From positions 1-40,339 of IMG/VR virus record IMGVR_UViG_3300022074_000117: 40,339 bases of DNA; one strand, given 5' to 3'. The stretch is from a virus (Duplodnaviria > Caudoviricetes). The notes under the pieces are model-generated. The model searched no databases. It was given only the letters and a program-made list of their open reading frames with translations, and was not told the origin of the DNA. A program made the translations under genes and the position numbers. Each line of letters starts with the position of its first letter. Positions within the stretch are counted from its first letter, which is position 1. Shown one piece after another: positions 28,901 through 38,557 of the stretch.

Positions 28901-31900
28901 GGTCCGTTTGTGTGAGTACAGTTTGTAGTATACGATATAGATGATGACGTAGATACATATGAATTATTTTCCGGAACCTCATTTAATGAGAATTTGAAAA
29001 AATTTGTTCCGGCAACTGAAACTCTTCTAAGTCCATTATAGACACTATTTCTAACTTCTATACTACCACTTCCGATGATTTCATCATCGACCATCACTTC
29101 AGATTTTATTTTAGGTAAATTATTACTGGTAACTGGGTCGAGTTTGTAATATAGAGTTGATGGTGTTGTTTTTCCTATTGATACCGATACTTTAGAGGTG
29201 GTAGATAATCCAGATCTGTTTTCTCTATTTACATCAAACACAGAAGAGGATAGATCCGATTCCCAAAGTTTTGTATAATTTTTATCTACATAAAAATTTA
29301 ACTTGAATGCAGAATACAAAGTAGATTCTTTCTCATATGCTAAAGATACATCTGAAATGTCAAACTCCAGAGTTGAATCTCTATATGCGGAGATAATAGG
29401 ATTAACCAATCCTATTTCACCAAAAGTAAGACTAGTACTAGCAATACCCACGACGCTGGGATTAGTCAGTAATGAATTATAGCGATTATTTGATAGTTTA
29501 AATTTGTTAGCATCAATTTTAACGATGTAATAAATTTTATCATTTTCTAATCCCTCACACGGATCTGCAGATGAATAAATTACTTTATTTCCAGTTTCAT
29601 AACCATGATCCTGTATATTAATAGTATTGTCAGTCGTATTAACTCCAATATTGGTAAAAGTTTTAATTCCTACGATAATTCTACGATTATAATCATTGAA
29701 TTTAACTTTATGTGGCAATATTGTTTGAGGATTAACATTAATGAATACGTTATGCCCTTCATGGAGTAAATTATCTTGTGTGGTAGTCACTGTGACATCT
29801 TGTCTTGATGAGTCAATAGATAAATTTTTAAAATTAGTTTTAAAACTATGATTATTTCCAGTTCCAAACCCAGTAAAGAAAACTATCTCAGCAGTGTTAC
29901 CAACTCCAACAAATTCTCCTGTTGTGCCAAGACTTACTTTTTGAGTTGCTATACCGATTAAATCGTTTGTAATTTTTGCAACAAATAACTCTTGACCATC
30001 TATGAAAGTAGCCGCTATTCCAACTCGCGATTTTTCATTATATGAAATTTGATCACCACCATTTGCTGAATAAGTTAAAATGTCTCCGGTCCGAAGATTA
30101 TGATTCTTTAAATAAATTGTGCTAAGCTGCACAGATACACTTTTCGTTCCTGCGGTATTAAATCCTATAGAGTTTAATCCATAATTTGAAAATGTTAAAA
30201 CAGATCCTATTCCAACAGCAGTTGTTCCCAATCCAACATTTTCTGAAGGATCAAAGTATATTTCTCTGTTTCTTCTAAATTCATATGTCGTATTTAATCC
30301 AACGTTTATTGTAAACCTTCTTGGATTCTCCAATAGAAGAGATCCAATAGTATGGCTTAGACCAACTGGACCATCGATTTCCCTTAAAACTCTGAATCTA
30401 GAATTAATTACATCTACATTTAAAATCTTTACTCTTTCGGTTCCAATCCCTAGAACATCATTTGGCACAATTTTCGTATTTTTTAAACTTCCTGAGACTG
30501 AGAAAAATGTAACCAAACCAGTTACAGATGTGGACCCTACTGCAATATTATTTGTAGTTCCGGTTCCAACTAATTTAAAAGTTTCGCTTGATACTCCTAT
30601 TTGATATGATCCTTCAATATTTGTTGTGGTTGTAGAAACTCCAGTTATGTTTATAAAATCTAAATTATTAAAATTATGAGGAGCACTAGTTTCCACAATA
30701 TACTGATTTTTTAATCTTGAAGGTATCAGTTCAGAATTGCTAAGTTTAATTGTATTATTGGTTATTGATTCTACTGATTTCCCCTTCAGTAAGGAAACTT
30801 TAGCTGCTGCTCCATTTCCTGTTGTAAATCTATTATCAAAATTTATAATATCCCCTATTTTATATAAATCTCCCTCAGTTTTTATATTGATCTCTTGTAT
30901 GTTACCTAAACTTGAAGAAGAAACAACTGCGGATTCATCAGAGGTTTTAGGAAGAGGAATATACTTATATTCTAATTTTTTATCTCTTAAATTATAAGGG
31001 AACGTATTTCTGCACCACCCATTATCCTCTACTTTATAATCTTCTTGATTGGATGATTTTTCAAAATTAAATTTTATTGGTTCGGAATTATATTTGTCAC
31101 CAATTATATACGGAAACTTAGGTAATCTGTAATTTTTAAACTGTGATAAATTATCAGATTGAACTGAATTTTCATCGATAGTGGCAAAATATGCATATGT
31201 TCCATTTGGATATTCTGGGGTTACACAGAATCTTCCATTATTTTTATCTAAGAAACTATCATCCTCGTATGTATAATGAGTATAATCCTCTACAAAAAAT
31301 CCTAGTGGATATAAGGTGGTTGGAGGTCCATTAAGTCTATTTTGATTGAGTTTGTATCCAGACTTCATAATGGTTACCACGCCACCACTATTTGATGAAT
31401 ATCCATATGGTCCATAGATTGGATTTCCATCATAAGCCCAACCTATTATAGGAGAATGATCTTGGAATAAAGTTTCTTGTGAATCAACTAATTTGAGGTC
31501 GGGTTTTCCATAAAGAACTTCTCCACCTTCATTAACAGAATAAAGCATTTCTCTCAATTTTCTGGGTGCATACATGTAGTATGCCTGCAGTCCATATTTG
31601 TCGCTTGAAGACTCCCCTAATATAATATCATCTTTCAATAAGAAATTATTTTGATATAATTTTTCAAAAATGTTTATCGTCCATCGGTTTACTGTACCAG
31701 CGAATTCAAAATCAGATTCCGTATTTAAAACAAGTATTTCAGTTTCTCCTGGAATGTAACCTTCGCCAGTTTGTATAACCTTCACTTTGGTTAGTCTTCC
31801 ATCTGTCAATATTGGTGTAAGTACACATCCAACTCCTGTTCCAATAACCTGCAAATCAACACTTGATACATATCCACTACCAGGATTTAAAACAATTACT

Positions 31901-34900
31901 TCTTTTATCTGCCCATTAGATACAACTGGTTGGACCTGTGCATTACTACCACTCTTAACTTTGATATTTGGATTTTTAATAAAATTTATTATATCACTTG
32001 TACCATAACTAGAACCCCCATCTTGTAGATGTATCGAAGATACCTCACCTCTAAAAATAGGTTGTACTTTGACACCAAAGGTTTCGGTTCCTATTGATGA
32101 AATACCAATCAAACTATCTACGGTTACATTAATTTCAGGATAATTAAAGAAATGAACTCCAGTTCCTTGAGATGTTATATTTGCATATTGATTAGTTTTA
32201 TAGAAGAAGTCTTTTTCTTGAAGATTTGCAGATACTGATAATTTAAAGTTGTTCTTATCAATAACGGTAACAAAATATTCATTGCTTGTCGTTATACCGA
32301 CAATTTGATTTCCACTTCCACCAAGATATTTTATAATCTCACCCGATTTATAGTCATGATCTTCAATTGTTATATTATTAGATGAAGTGCTTATACCAGA
32401 GGACAATGCAGAGCGTTTTTTATTTTCATACCCAGTTCCTCTGTCTACTATATTAATCGCACTTAATATGGATTTTTTTTGTACACATTCTAAAGAATGT
32501 CTACCTATCCCAGAACTTGTTAATACAACAGTGTTAATACCCGCTAGAGCATCACCAATATCAGTGTGTAGTTTTACAGTATTTTCATCAACTATGGAGG
32601 CATAATAATTAAAATCGGTAGATAATCCACCAACACCTTTTTGAGACCTGGTTTTGTAAACTACTTCTTCGCCACCACGGAATTTATGAAAAGTTGAAAA
32701 TCCAATAGAATTATTTGTTATTGATACCTCAATATTAGATGAAAACTCCGGTGCATAAGTTATTTGTTTTGTAGATGCTAAAGCTTTAGCATTTTTTCCA
32801 TTTCCACCTGTGATTGATACAACGGGAGTATCAATCAAATCAAAACCTTGATCAATTATTCTTATTTCACTAAGATTCCCATTTATCGCCAAAAATCCGG
32901 TGGCTCCAATTCCAATGTCATCACTTATATCTAATAACGGTGGATTAATTACATCAAATCCATTTCCTGAAGAAATTACATCAATTTTTTCAACTTTTCC
33001 ATGTTGAATAAAATCTTTTGACTTATAATTTAAAATTTCCACACCATTTACTAAAATTCCAGTTGCTCCCGGATTTGTTTTTGTAAATTTTCCAGAATAA
33101 AGAGGTGTGGAAATTTCTCTATAAATTCTTTGTGGTTCTAAATTATTTAAACTTGAAAAAGCAGGTTCAATAGAGTTGTCAACTACAGTCTTTGATTCAT
33201 TTAATTGAATAAATTTTCCAAAAAATAAATCTGATCTTGATCTTGCTAATTTAATATTATTATTATCTACTCTGTATAGAAAATATTCACCTTCACCTCC
33301 ATTTTTTGCATCAAATAGTGATGAATCTATATAAATCCTTGATCTTTTTGTGCCATCGTCAGTTTCAGTTTCAACTAATCTTTTTTCTGGAGTGTAATAT
33401 ACTAATTCGCCAGTATAATATCCATGGTCTAGTAATTCTAAGGTATCTCCAGAAAATGTGCCACTAAATAAAACTCTATTTTTATTTGATACTATAGATT
33501 GTGATTGATATGCGGGTAAAGAGTTTGATGATACTAATAGAGAATCAGTGTATTGCTTTTTATAAACATTCTGAATATTAGCGTGAAAATTGCTTAAATA
33601 TGGAAAAGTTTCCGAATTAACTTTTTTAATTGGTTTTTTTACATAATATACTAAATTAGTGTCAAGTGTTGATTCCGATTTTAAAACAACAATTATCTTT
33701 TTTGATGTAATAATATCGAGAACTTCTGCTTGAATGGTTTTTATTGAATTTTCATCAATGATTAATAAGGAATCTCCAAGTCTAATATAATGATTTTTTT
33801 CTAAAGTCAGTTCATATTTTTGTATTGATACATAATTTATCTCAGATATAAAATACTGTACAGAATTATTGTATATCCAGTTATTAAATTTAAAATTATC
33901 CTCCTCCACACCTAGTGTTTTGACAGAAATCTCATCTCCAGATTTTAAGTCAAATACATCACTTTGATTAGTAAATCCAGTTAAAATAGGTCCTAATCTA
34001 ACAACTATAGAATCTGACTCCTCTTCGGATTGTGTAAATAAGAAATTTCTATCAGTTATTCCTTCACCATCAAGTAAGGGCTCAATAATATTAGTGCATC
34101 CAAGAAATTGTGTGGATGTCCTGGAAGTATATGATACAATTCCAGAAGTAGCAGTGATTCCGGTAGGATATGTGACATATAATTCACCAGAATTAGGAAA
34201 TCCAATAGTAGAATCAACATCTATAATTGTTGATCCGATTGATACATCGCCAATTATATGAGTTTTTGAACTAGTGTCAAATCTACCATACGTGGATCCA
34301 CTAACTCTAGAGTCCCTATTGTATCCACCATCAAAAGAAACCTTAAAATGTTTACTACTTCTACCAATTTTTTCTACATTAAAAATAGGAGTATATGCTT
34401 TTGATCCTTCAAAATCTTGAAAAATTGTTCTATTTTGTAACTCTAATGGATCACCAGTTAATTCTTCAACAACAAAGTTTGATGAGACAAGATTGAATGC
34501 ATTTGATGGTGTGAATAAATTCTCTCTTGGTCTAATAATGTTTACATTTTCGCCGTATAAAACATTGAATAGGATCTTATATGATTGATCTGTTCCTTTA
34601 CTTGAATAAAAATCTTTTGACTGCTTGATAAAATTGCCAACATTTAAATTTGAACTTAGATTCCTTTGAGACAACCCTGGAAGTAATTGTATTTTTGTTT
34701 TAAGTAAAAATTCTTTTAAAAAAGTGCATGTTAAATTTTCGATTGATGCACCTTTTTTATGCTCAGACGCCTCAGTAGATTTAAATACAAGATCCCCTTG
34801 ATTAGAGTCTGATCTATATGATGTTACTCCACTAAATCCTCTAACACAACCAGTGAAACTAGAATCAGTTTTTCCGGTATATAATATTACCTCATCGTTT

Positions 34901-35208
34901 ATTTTTATTAATCCATAAGAATCTGGAAATCTATCCGTTCCTAAAGGTGATTCTCTGAGATCAACATTTATTACCTCATCAAATTCATCAATATCTAATC
35001 TTAAAAATACTTCATGATTGATAGTGGTTTGCTCATCAATTTTAACATATTGATCAATATTTTGAATCAAGTCTAAAGGACCACTTTTATATTCTTGAGA
35101 ATTATAATATTCTTTCAGGAATTCCCCGATCAAGGGGAACTCATTCTCAACATAGGTTGGAAGTTGATTCTTAACGATACTATTAAACTTGATTCTTGTT
35201 TCTGTCAT
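22999..35208 (-). CDS. gp7: Giant baseplate wedge initiator (gp7-like, multi-repeat, with a YHYH-like domain)
   Basis: 4069 aa between gp6 and gp8. QLPTYV..FLKEYY, IKQSKDFYSSKGTDQSYKILFNVLYGE and RVQDNDYYQNFSYSIKS..H..GFKKF match the cyanomyovirus gp7 pattern. Confidence 0.85.
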   Translation of the reverse strand: MTETRIKFNSIVKNQLPTYVENEFPLIGEFLKEYYNSQEYKSGPLDLIQNIDQYVKIDEQTTINHEVFLRLDIDEFDEVINVDLRESPLGTDRFPDSYGLIKINDEVILYTGKTDSSFTGCVRGFSGVTSYRSDSNQGDLVFKSTEASEHKKGASIENLTCTFLKEFLLKTKIQLLPGLSQRNLSSNLNVGNFIKQSKDFYSSKGTDQSYKILFNVLYGENVNIIRPRENLFTPSNAFNLVSSNFVVEELTGDPLELQNRTIFQDFEGSKAYTPIFNVEKIGRSSKHFKVSFDGGYNRDSRVSGSTYGRFDTSSKTHIIGDVSIGSTIIDVDSTIGFPNSGELYVTYPTGITATSGIVSYTSRTSTQFLGCTNIIEPLLDGEGITDRNFLFTQSEEESDSIVVRLGPILTGFTNQSDVFDLKSGDEISVKTLGVEEDNFKFNNWIYNNSVQYFISEINYVSIQKYELTLEKNHYIRLGDSLLIIDENSIKTIQAEVLDIITSKKIIVVLKSESTLDTNLVYYVKKPIKKVNSETFPYLSNFHANIQNVYKKQYTDSLLVSSNSLPAYQSQSIVSNKNRVLFSGTFSGDTLELLDHGYYTGELVYYTPEKRLVETETDDGTKRSRIYIDSSLFDAKNGGEGEYFLYRVDNNNIKLARSRSDLFFGKFIQLNESKTVVDNSIEPAFSSLNNLEPQRIYREISTPLYSGKFTKTNPGATGILVNGVEILNYKSKDFIQHGKVEKIDVISSGNGFDVINPPLLDISDDIGIGATGFLAINGNLSEIRIIDQGFDLIDTPVVSITGGNGKNAKALASTKQITYAPEFSSNIEVSITNNSIGFSTFHKFRGGEEVVYKTRSQKGVGGLSTDFNYYASIVDENTVKLHTDIGDALAGINTVVLTSSGIGRHSLECVQKKSILSAINIVDRGTGYENKKRSALSSGISTSSNNITIEDHDYKSGEIIKYLGGSGNQIVGITTSNEYFVTVIDKNNFKLSVSANLQEKDFFYKTNQYANITSQGTGVHFFNYPEINVTVDSLIGISSIGTETFGVKVQPIFRGEVSSIHLQDGGSSYGTSDIINFIKNPNIKVKSGSNAQVQPVVSNGQIKEVIVLNPGSGYVSSVDLQVIGTGVGCVLTPILTDGRLTKVKVIQTGEGYIPGETEILVLNTESDFEFAGTVNRWTINIFEKLYQNNFLLKDDIILGESSSDKYGLQAYYMYAPRKLREMLYSVNEGGEVLYGKPDLKLVDSQETLFQDHSPIIGWAYDGNPIYGPYGYSSNSGGVVTIMKSGYKLNQNRLNGPPTTLYPLGFFVEDYTHYTYEDDSFLDKNNGRFCVTPEYPNGTYAYFATIDENSVQSDNLSQFKNYRLPKFPYIIGDKYNSEPIKFNFEKSSNQEDYKVEDNGWCRNTFPYNLRDKKLEYKYIPLPKTSDESAVVSSSSLGNIQEINIKTEGDLYKIGDIINFDNRFTTGNGAAAKVSLLKGKSVESITNNTIKLSNSELIPSRLKNQYIVETSAPHNFNNLDFINITGVSTTTTNIEGSYQIGVSSETFKLVGTGTTNNIAVGSTSVTGLVTFFSVSGSLKNTKIVPNDVLGIGTERVKILNVDVINSRFRVLREIDGPVGLSHTIGSLLLENPRRFTINVGLNTTYEFRRNREIYFDPSENVGLGTTAVGIGSVLTFSNYGLNSIGFNTAGTKSVSVQLSTIYLKNHNLRTGDILTYSANGGDQISYNEKSRVGIAATFIDGQELFVAKITNDLIGIATQKVSLGTTGEFVGVGNTAEIVFFTGFGTGNNHSFKTNFKNLSIDSSRQDVTVTTTQDNLLHEGHNVFINVNPQTILPHKVKFNDYNRRIIVGIKTFTNIGVNTTDNTINIQDHGYETGNKVIYSSADPCEGLENDKIYYIVKIDANKFKLSNNRYNSLLTNPSVVGIASTSLTFGEIGLVNPIISAYRDSTLEFDISDVSLAYEKESTLYSAFKLNFYVDKNYTKLWESDLSSSVFDVNRENRSGLSTTSKVSVSIGKTTPSTLYYKLDPVTSNNLPKIKSEVMVDDEIIGSGSIEVRNSVYNGLRRVSVAGTNFFKFSLNEVPENNSYVSTSSSISYTTNCTHTNGPISAVEIVNPGKNYDSLPDIISVNSLNGSKAELVCVSKNIGKIQNVSIKDIGYDYPTDKTLKPSAILPQIIKLDSSAKIESITVSSIAKGYTSAPKLLTLDGKTNQIVSDLDLEYHIDDNTVTILQNTRGINFSTPTIIPIENNNGVGINNLEYDTSTKEVTIRLSSGFSSLNDFPFAVGDKVFIENISVGINTSFIGFNSKNYGYKLFTLTSVTPNIGGIGTVSYNLTEDLSDGQDPGKADLIRSSGIITPEKYFPIFDIDLVSKDFISGEQIVSGNKTGKVQSWDNTTKTLRVLSKDTFKVDDKIRGLSSDSLAISSEVKSYETYFEVGAKTEIFEGNQTISGFLNNNLQRVQDNDYYQNFSYSIKSRIPFGEWDNIVSSTNHTIGFKKFSDLQIESRNIDQPANVGLTTSQTDLTIDYGINEYIDTNCVFDFDLGRENNINFDDTSVLSDEIVFKSKILSDFSESVGNRVVSIDDVSPLFNNTPRATKFVALDTFNLSEFRSKKYFIYLKDTRFVKERQFEIVSLIHDSASNGYLNQYGKIDSVKDLGSFDFAISGSVGEFRFFPINSRVNDYDVCALSFNLDDNLLGIGTTSIGESIIQSNSVSVPSVPTNIVSIGNTYHSLKVLVTIAPDVENVSFGSTATFNTREFEYQELNICHDGNEVSLLEFGKLTTSIGEVSAAGFGTYNAYLDGNNLKVDFHPEVGIGTTSVVNTIVVGLSTSSSGISTVDMKHARLESRITQISSSGSPTENVIGQYPSHISQEVDRYDSSYCLIQLHDTTNDRYEFLEHIVVDDHVEGVLINQTFDTEFANVRTHSGLGTFGSRIVTDGVGIAATTEILFTPEPNINVNVHVYMNALRVEDDNKDFINFNNGTYSTSFTKYTGTDRDVKRSFPIKHVFSPVFEKIFDGSDSTIVKLVGDTITIPDHFFVTGERVRYNSAGLSTTDKIGIGLTTFPETGITTSFIPDEGLFVVKVDDETIQLARSAENALKAVPSVLTFTSVGVGNSHKFIATNQNPKVLIALDNIIQSPVVSTAVTTTLIQSVVTTDDIIKISTIDDLTGGDLLKIDNEIVKIEGIGVGATNSLRVRRSWLGTPLSGFSTGALVTKILGNYNIVDNTLNFADAPFGNAATTGDAQSSFQGRVFTRSGVPQSSNEPYYRNVVIDDISKQFDGVKNNFTIKSQNTNIAGISNEGILALVNDIFQTVGNENNYELIESSGITTVSFVGTARDLRNDVGISTLPRGGMILSVGSTTGFGYQPLIGAGGTAIVSGVGTISSVSIGSSGSGYRVGVQTVNVSVGTSSLGSGNFVSIGTAVINNDGNIVSIAITNPGVGYTHTNPPFVVIDEPLSYSGIALTYSAASTGIGSGIGAVADIVVGQGSSVISFKLKNTGYGYEQGEILTIPTGGQTGILTTSQFSGDEFQIIIDKVHYDEFTGWSVGVLDNFDDISEYPDGKRLDFPLIKAGNLVSINKKKGSKIDLDQVLIVFINNILQVPGDSYRFPGGSRIIFSEPPRVGDDIKIIFYKGSGDDLDVIDREVIETLKLGDEVTLNFDQERNQNQTLQQNVRTVNTTVSIDAVKTNPYFGPGLTDDQELERPITWCRQTEDKLINGREVTKDREIYEPIISPVANIISPVGIGITLIYVDRLRPLFDNVIEHPDLNIRAGIQKKVTIIPTHVTVGASATAVVSTGGTISSVTITNGGVGYSTTPGVSIASTTGVGVGATSTAIASATINSEGTVSQIIVTNGGMGYTDPPSVIIGEPTYTTEENNVDTYTGDSGIIVGFGTQFVGAATTQLIFDLHIPYNSKLRDVNIVGTAVTLSGLSAGDYFTISGSNIGSASTSITSLSNDNSTIVGITKDNLDGVYVANSVQYVSKSIAGVSTQVTRVTVNTTSHPTGAGVTIGITTASFIGNFSWGKVVLSGRSKNLAYPAQTMSGIGSDGNSGISTSTKLVRTRYVRFKKSTNYT

Positions 35209-35231
35209 TTTTTAAATATTAATCCTTTGAA

Positions 35232-37376
35232 TTAGTAACCGCTACTATATCCACCGCCACCAGAAGATGGTGTTGATGTTCCCGTAGATCCCGTAGATCC
35301 TGTTGTTCCAGTTGTTCCAGTTGTGGTTGTAGTGGATGTGCTAGTTGTGTTTGAAACAGCATTAGTTGATTGTTGCCCTTGTCCAACAAATGTTGCCGTT
35401 TGTGTTCCTAATGAGTCAATTACACTATCTGAGGTTGTTATAGACGGTTCACCTGCCCTTATTAAACTACCTCCACTATAAGAAGAGGAGACAATATAAT
35501 TTGATGCAGATGGATCGATTCCTGAAGCTATCTGATCTGATATCATTTCAAAAGAACTGTTATTAATATCTAGTTGCAAATAAAGATCCTGTAATCCGAC
35601 AATATCATTGGAGGTTGGCGTTGCTTGAATTTCAATAACTTGTTGACCATCCTTTTCAATTCCAGATAGAATATTTACTGCATTAATTACAATAATTCCA
35701 TTTACATAATCTATTCTACCAACATTAGTTCTAACAATAGTTGGATTTTGAGATCCAGCATTTGGTAATGTAAACATAAATAATGATCCAGTCAAACCAT
35801 CAGAGTTTGGAATATCACTCATATATACAACTCCTTGTACGGAGGATACTCTAAATCCAGTTGTTTTAATATTAAATCCAGTAAAACTAGAAATATGCAT
35901 ACGATTACCAAATCCAATTTGATATTCGGCAAAGGCATTAGGAACTACTCTTAAGTCCCTTCTCATTCTTACGAGTGTAATATTAGAAGTTATTGACTCA
36001 TGGCTGTCATCTATAATTTTTAAAAACTTACTATACTTGAATCTAGCACCATACTTATTTAATTCAGTTGAGTTTGAATAAGTTAAAGCATTATTTTGAA
36101 CTCTTGTGGACACATCCGCAGCAGATGGAGCTAAGTTTGTATTGTAGTAAATATTTGCACTTATTTCAACGAACAAGTATTTTAGATCTAATAATTCAGG
36201 TACTATTCCCGATATTGCATATTTTTTTAATTTTAATTTTATATTTTCTTTTATTAGATTGGGTAAAAAATCACCAAATCTTGGTTTTATACTTATAAAG
36301 ACTTTACCATACTGAGGTGGGTTTAATTCCTCTCCGCCAAAAACTGAAATTGATTCTGTTTCCGGATAAATCTTTGAAGGTATTAACGTTTCATAATCAT
36401 CTGCAGTGACAGCTCTATTTTGAGATGCATATATGCGCGGAGCATATTTTTTCACAGAATCAACCGATTCTATTGATTCTCCACCTCTTGAACTATATTC
36501 TGTAGTTACTAAGGAAATTCCCTCATTGACGATAAACTCACTACCATCTTTAACATATGTCAATCTACCATTAAAGCGTAATTGAGACACTCCATTTCCT
36601 TCACTACCCCTACTTACAATATATTCGGTAGTGATAAAATTTTGATCTTCTAACTTTTTACCAAAAACACCATCTCCAAAGATTATCTCATATCTCTCAT
36701 TGTCTATCTCTTGTATATAATATATTTTTGATTCTGATCCAACATCAAATAAACTATTATGCATAGAATATTTTGTCGATGCTGCAGATGATGAATTATT
36801 CTTAACTGATAGTCTTAAAAGTTCAGTATCAACTCCAGCGTTTGGTAATATAAACTTTTGACTTGCGTTTGAAGAATTGTATGTATAACTTTTTGTTAAA
36901 AAAGTTCCCTCATAAACTGGAATGCTATTAAAGGATGCAATATTTCTTATAACCGGAACTGTGATATCATCTAAAATACAGAATGTGCTGGATGATCCCC
37001 CAAAAGAACCTTTAGACGCTGCTACAGTCCCTTTACGGAGGGTTAGAGAGGCAGGGTGGGGTTGAATATTACTAGTATCTACAAAGAAAGTAATTGCGGA
37101 TGTCGCTGCTTTTCTTGATCTGGGGATGTATCCAATATTTCTTGCTAATGCTACGACATTCTCTCTTAAAGTAGCACTATCAATAAAAACTTCATTTGCC
37201 ACCATATTAGCATTGTATGAAGTAATGTATGTATTATATGCGAGTACATCTAATATCGATGATAAGTTAGAACCATCAAAATTATAATCCGTGAAGTTGG
37301 AATTCGCTTCCAAATATGCACGTAATGATTCTTTGACTTGATTGAAGTCTAGATTTGTAAAATTAACTAACGGCAT
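35232..37376 (-). CDS. gp6: Baseplate wedge subunit
   Basis: LDFNQVKESLRAYL..FTDYNFDGSNLSSILDVLAYNTY..EVFIDSATLRENVVALARNIGY..FGDGVFGK..QNRAVTADDY..YGKVFISIKP. Confidence 0.95.
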   Translation of the reverse strand: MPLVNFTNLDFNQVKESLRAYLEANSNFTDYNFDGSNLSSILDVLAYNTYITSYNANMVANEVFIDSATLRENVVALARNIGYIPRSRKAATSAITFFVDTSNIQPHPASLTLRKGTVAASKGSFGGSSSTFCILDDITVPVIRNIASFNSIPVYEGTFLTKSYTYNSSNASQKFILPNAGVDTELLRLSVKNNSSSAASTKYSMHNSLFDVGSESKIYYIQEIDNERYEIIFGDGVFGKKLEDQNFITTEYIVSRGSEGNGVSQLRFNGRLTYVKDGSEFIVNEGISLVTTEYSSRGGESIESVDSVKKYAPRIYASQNRAVTADDYETLIPSKIYPETESISVFGGEELNPPQYGKVFISIKPRFGDFLPNLIKENIKLKLKKYAISGIVPELLDLKYLFVEISANIYYNTNLAPSAADVSTRVQNNALTYSNSTELNKYGARFKYSKFLKIIDDSHESITSNITLVRMRRDLRVVPNAFAEYQIGFGNRMHISSFTGFNIKTTGFRVSSVQGVVYMSDIPNSDGLTGSLFMFTLPNAGSQNPTIVRTNVGRIDYVNGIIVINAVNILSGIEKDGQQVIEIQATPTSNDIVGLQDLYLQLDINNSSFEMISDQIASGIDPSASNYIVSSSYSGGSLIRAGEPSITTSDSVIDSLGTQTATFVGQGQQSTNAVSNTTSTSTTTTTGTTGTTGSTGSTGTSTPSSGGGGYSSGY
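35235..35350 (-). repeat. Low-complexity 9-nt-unit repeats encoding the T/S/G tail of gp6
   Basis: cccgtagat x2 and cc(t/a)gttgtt x2, encoding TTSTSTTTTTGTTGTTGSTGSTGTSTPSSGGGGYSSGY. Confidence 0.8.
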
Positions 37377-37377
37377 T

Positions 37378-37779
37378 TTACCTTGTTGGTAGCAATACGA
37401 ATTCTAATTGTTGTGGTGGAACATCAGCTCCGATAATATCATAATTTATAACAACATCAAATCCATTTCCATCAATATCTGGAGATGCTTTTAATTTTCT
37501 TAGTTTTACTCGTGGTTCTTGTCTTGAAATTGATTCTCTCAATTCAGATTCTATTTCAAGCGCAGTAATATCATCAATATTTTCAAAAAGTGATCCTGAA
37601 ATACGAGATCCAAAGTTTGGTTGAAATGGTTTTTCGCCAGGATTGGTAAAAACGATATTTTTAATGGATCTGGCGATTGCATTTTCATTTTTGAGGACAA
37701 TTAAATCCTTTGTCAGAGGATTACTCTGAAAAGTCATACTAATATCTTTAAAACCTTGACTTATCCTCTGTAAAGGCAC
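37378..37779 (-). CDS. gp25: Baseplate wedge subunit (gp25 family), GTG start
   Basis: FKDISMTF..NENAIARSIKNIVFTNPGEKPFQPNFGS..QEPRV; immediately upstream of gp6. Confidence 0.93.
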   Translation of the reverse strand: MPLQRISQGFKDISMTFQSNPLTKDLIVLKNENAIARSIKNIVFTNPGEKPFQPNFGSRISGSLFENIDDITALEIESELRESISRQEPRVKLRKLKASPDIDGNGFDVVINYDIIGADVPPQQLEFVLLPTR

Positions 37780-37800
37780 AACAAATTGGCAATTATGTAT

Positions 37801-37806
37801 TATTTA
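37801..37806 (-). promoter_or_regulatory. Late promoter box TAAATA upstream of gp25
   Basis: Intergenic GA-TAAATA, 21 nt before the GTG. Confidence 0.7.
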
Positions 37807-37822
37807 TCAAGGTTTTTATGAT

Positions 37823-38536
37823 TTATTGAGAGTCCAAAGGACGATCTTCTTGTGATTTATACGTGTCAATCGAATTTTCTTGCTCTTTTTCGCGTTCTTT
37901 AGACGTTTTCCAGAAATATTCGTCTTCACGACCCATTCCAAGACGCTCAAAACCGTTTTCAACTTGATAATATTGCGTTGAAACCTTAAAATCAGGCATT
38001 TTTGGTTCAACAGGCGTCAAACTATTGTCAAAAATACGCATTCTGTTGTTTGGATACAGTGCATATTGACCATTTTCAAGTTCAACTAGGTTATGAGACT
38101 TATGTTCTGCTGGATTTTCACTTGTTGCATAGTCAATTGCATCAGGATCTTGATGATAATTGTCTAAAGTGCAAATATAGGTCCCTTTTTGTGTACCAAA
38201 GTCTCTTGTATATAGTTCATAATCCATTGAACCGATAAATTGCTTCTGAACTGCAACGACACCATAGTCCATACAGTTCCAAAACTGTAAATTTGGTAAA
38301 TCCATATCAGGTTTTGGTGTTTGCGGATCAGAAACAAACGCACTAATCGGTAGTTTATCATACATTGCTGCATATTCAGGCAAATATGTCTCAAAATAAA
38401 AAGTGCGCCCAGGAATCGACTTAGCCGATACCCAGACGCCTTTAATAAATTCACCATGACCTGATTGGTGGTCCGTTAGATACTCCTTACGAACCCATAC
38501 TTCGACCGAGGGGAGGTTGCAAATAAGTGCTGCCAT
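37823..38536 (-). CDS. Hypothetical protein of a type I recognise from T4-like cyanophages
   Basis: 237-aa ORF with its own late box; LICNLP..VRKEYL..YDKLPISAF..EHKSHN..PNNR. Function unknown. Confidence 0.85.
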   Translation of the reverse strand: MAALICNLPSVEVWVRKEYLTDHQSGHGEFIKGVWVSAKSIPGRTFYFETYLPEYAAMYDKLPISAFVSDPQTPKPDMDLPNLQFWNCMDYGVVAVQKQFIGSMDYELYTRDFGTQKGTYICTLDNYHQDPDAIDYATSENPAEHKSHNLVELENGQYALYPNNRMRIFDNSLTPVEPKMPDFKVSTQYYQVENGFERLGMGREDEYFWKTSKEREKEQENSIDTYKSQEDRPLDSQ

Positions 38537-38557
38537 TATGAATTAATATAACTTCAC

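Noticed and set aside
13770-35208. Intein or intron as the explanation for the very large gp7 and VrlC-like ORFs
   Set aside because: I saw no splice-junction motifs or homing-endonuclease signatures. Size is explained by structural repeats.
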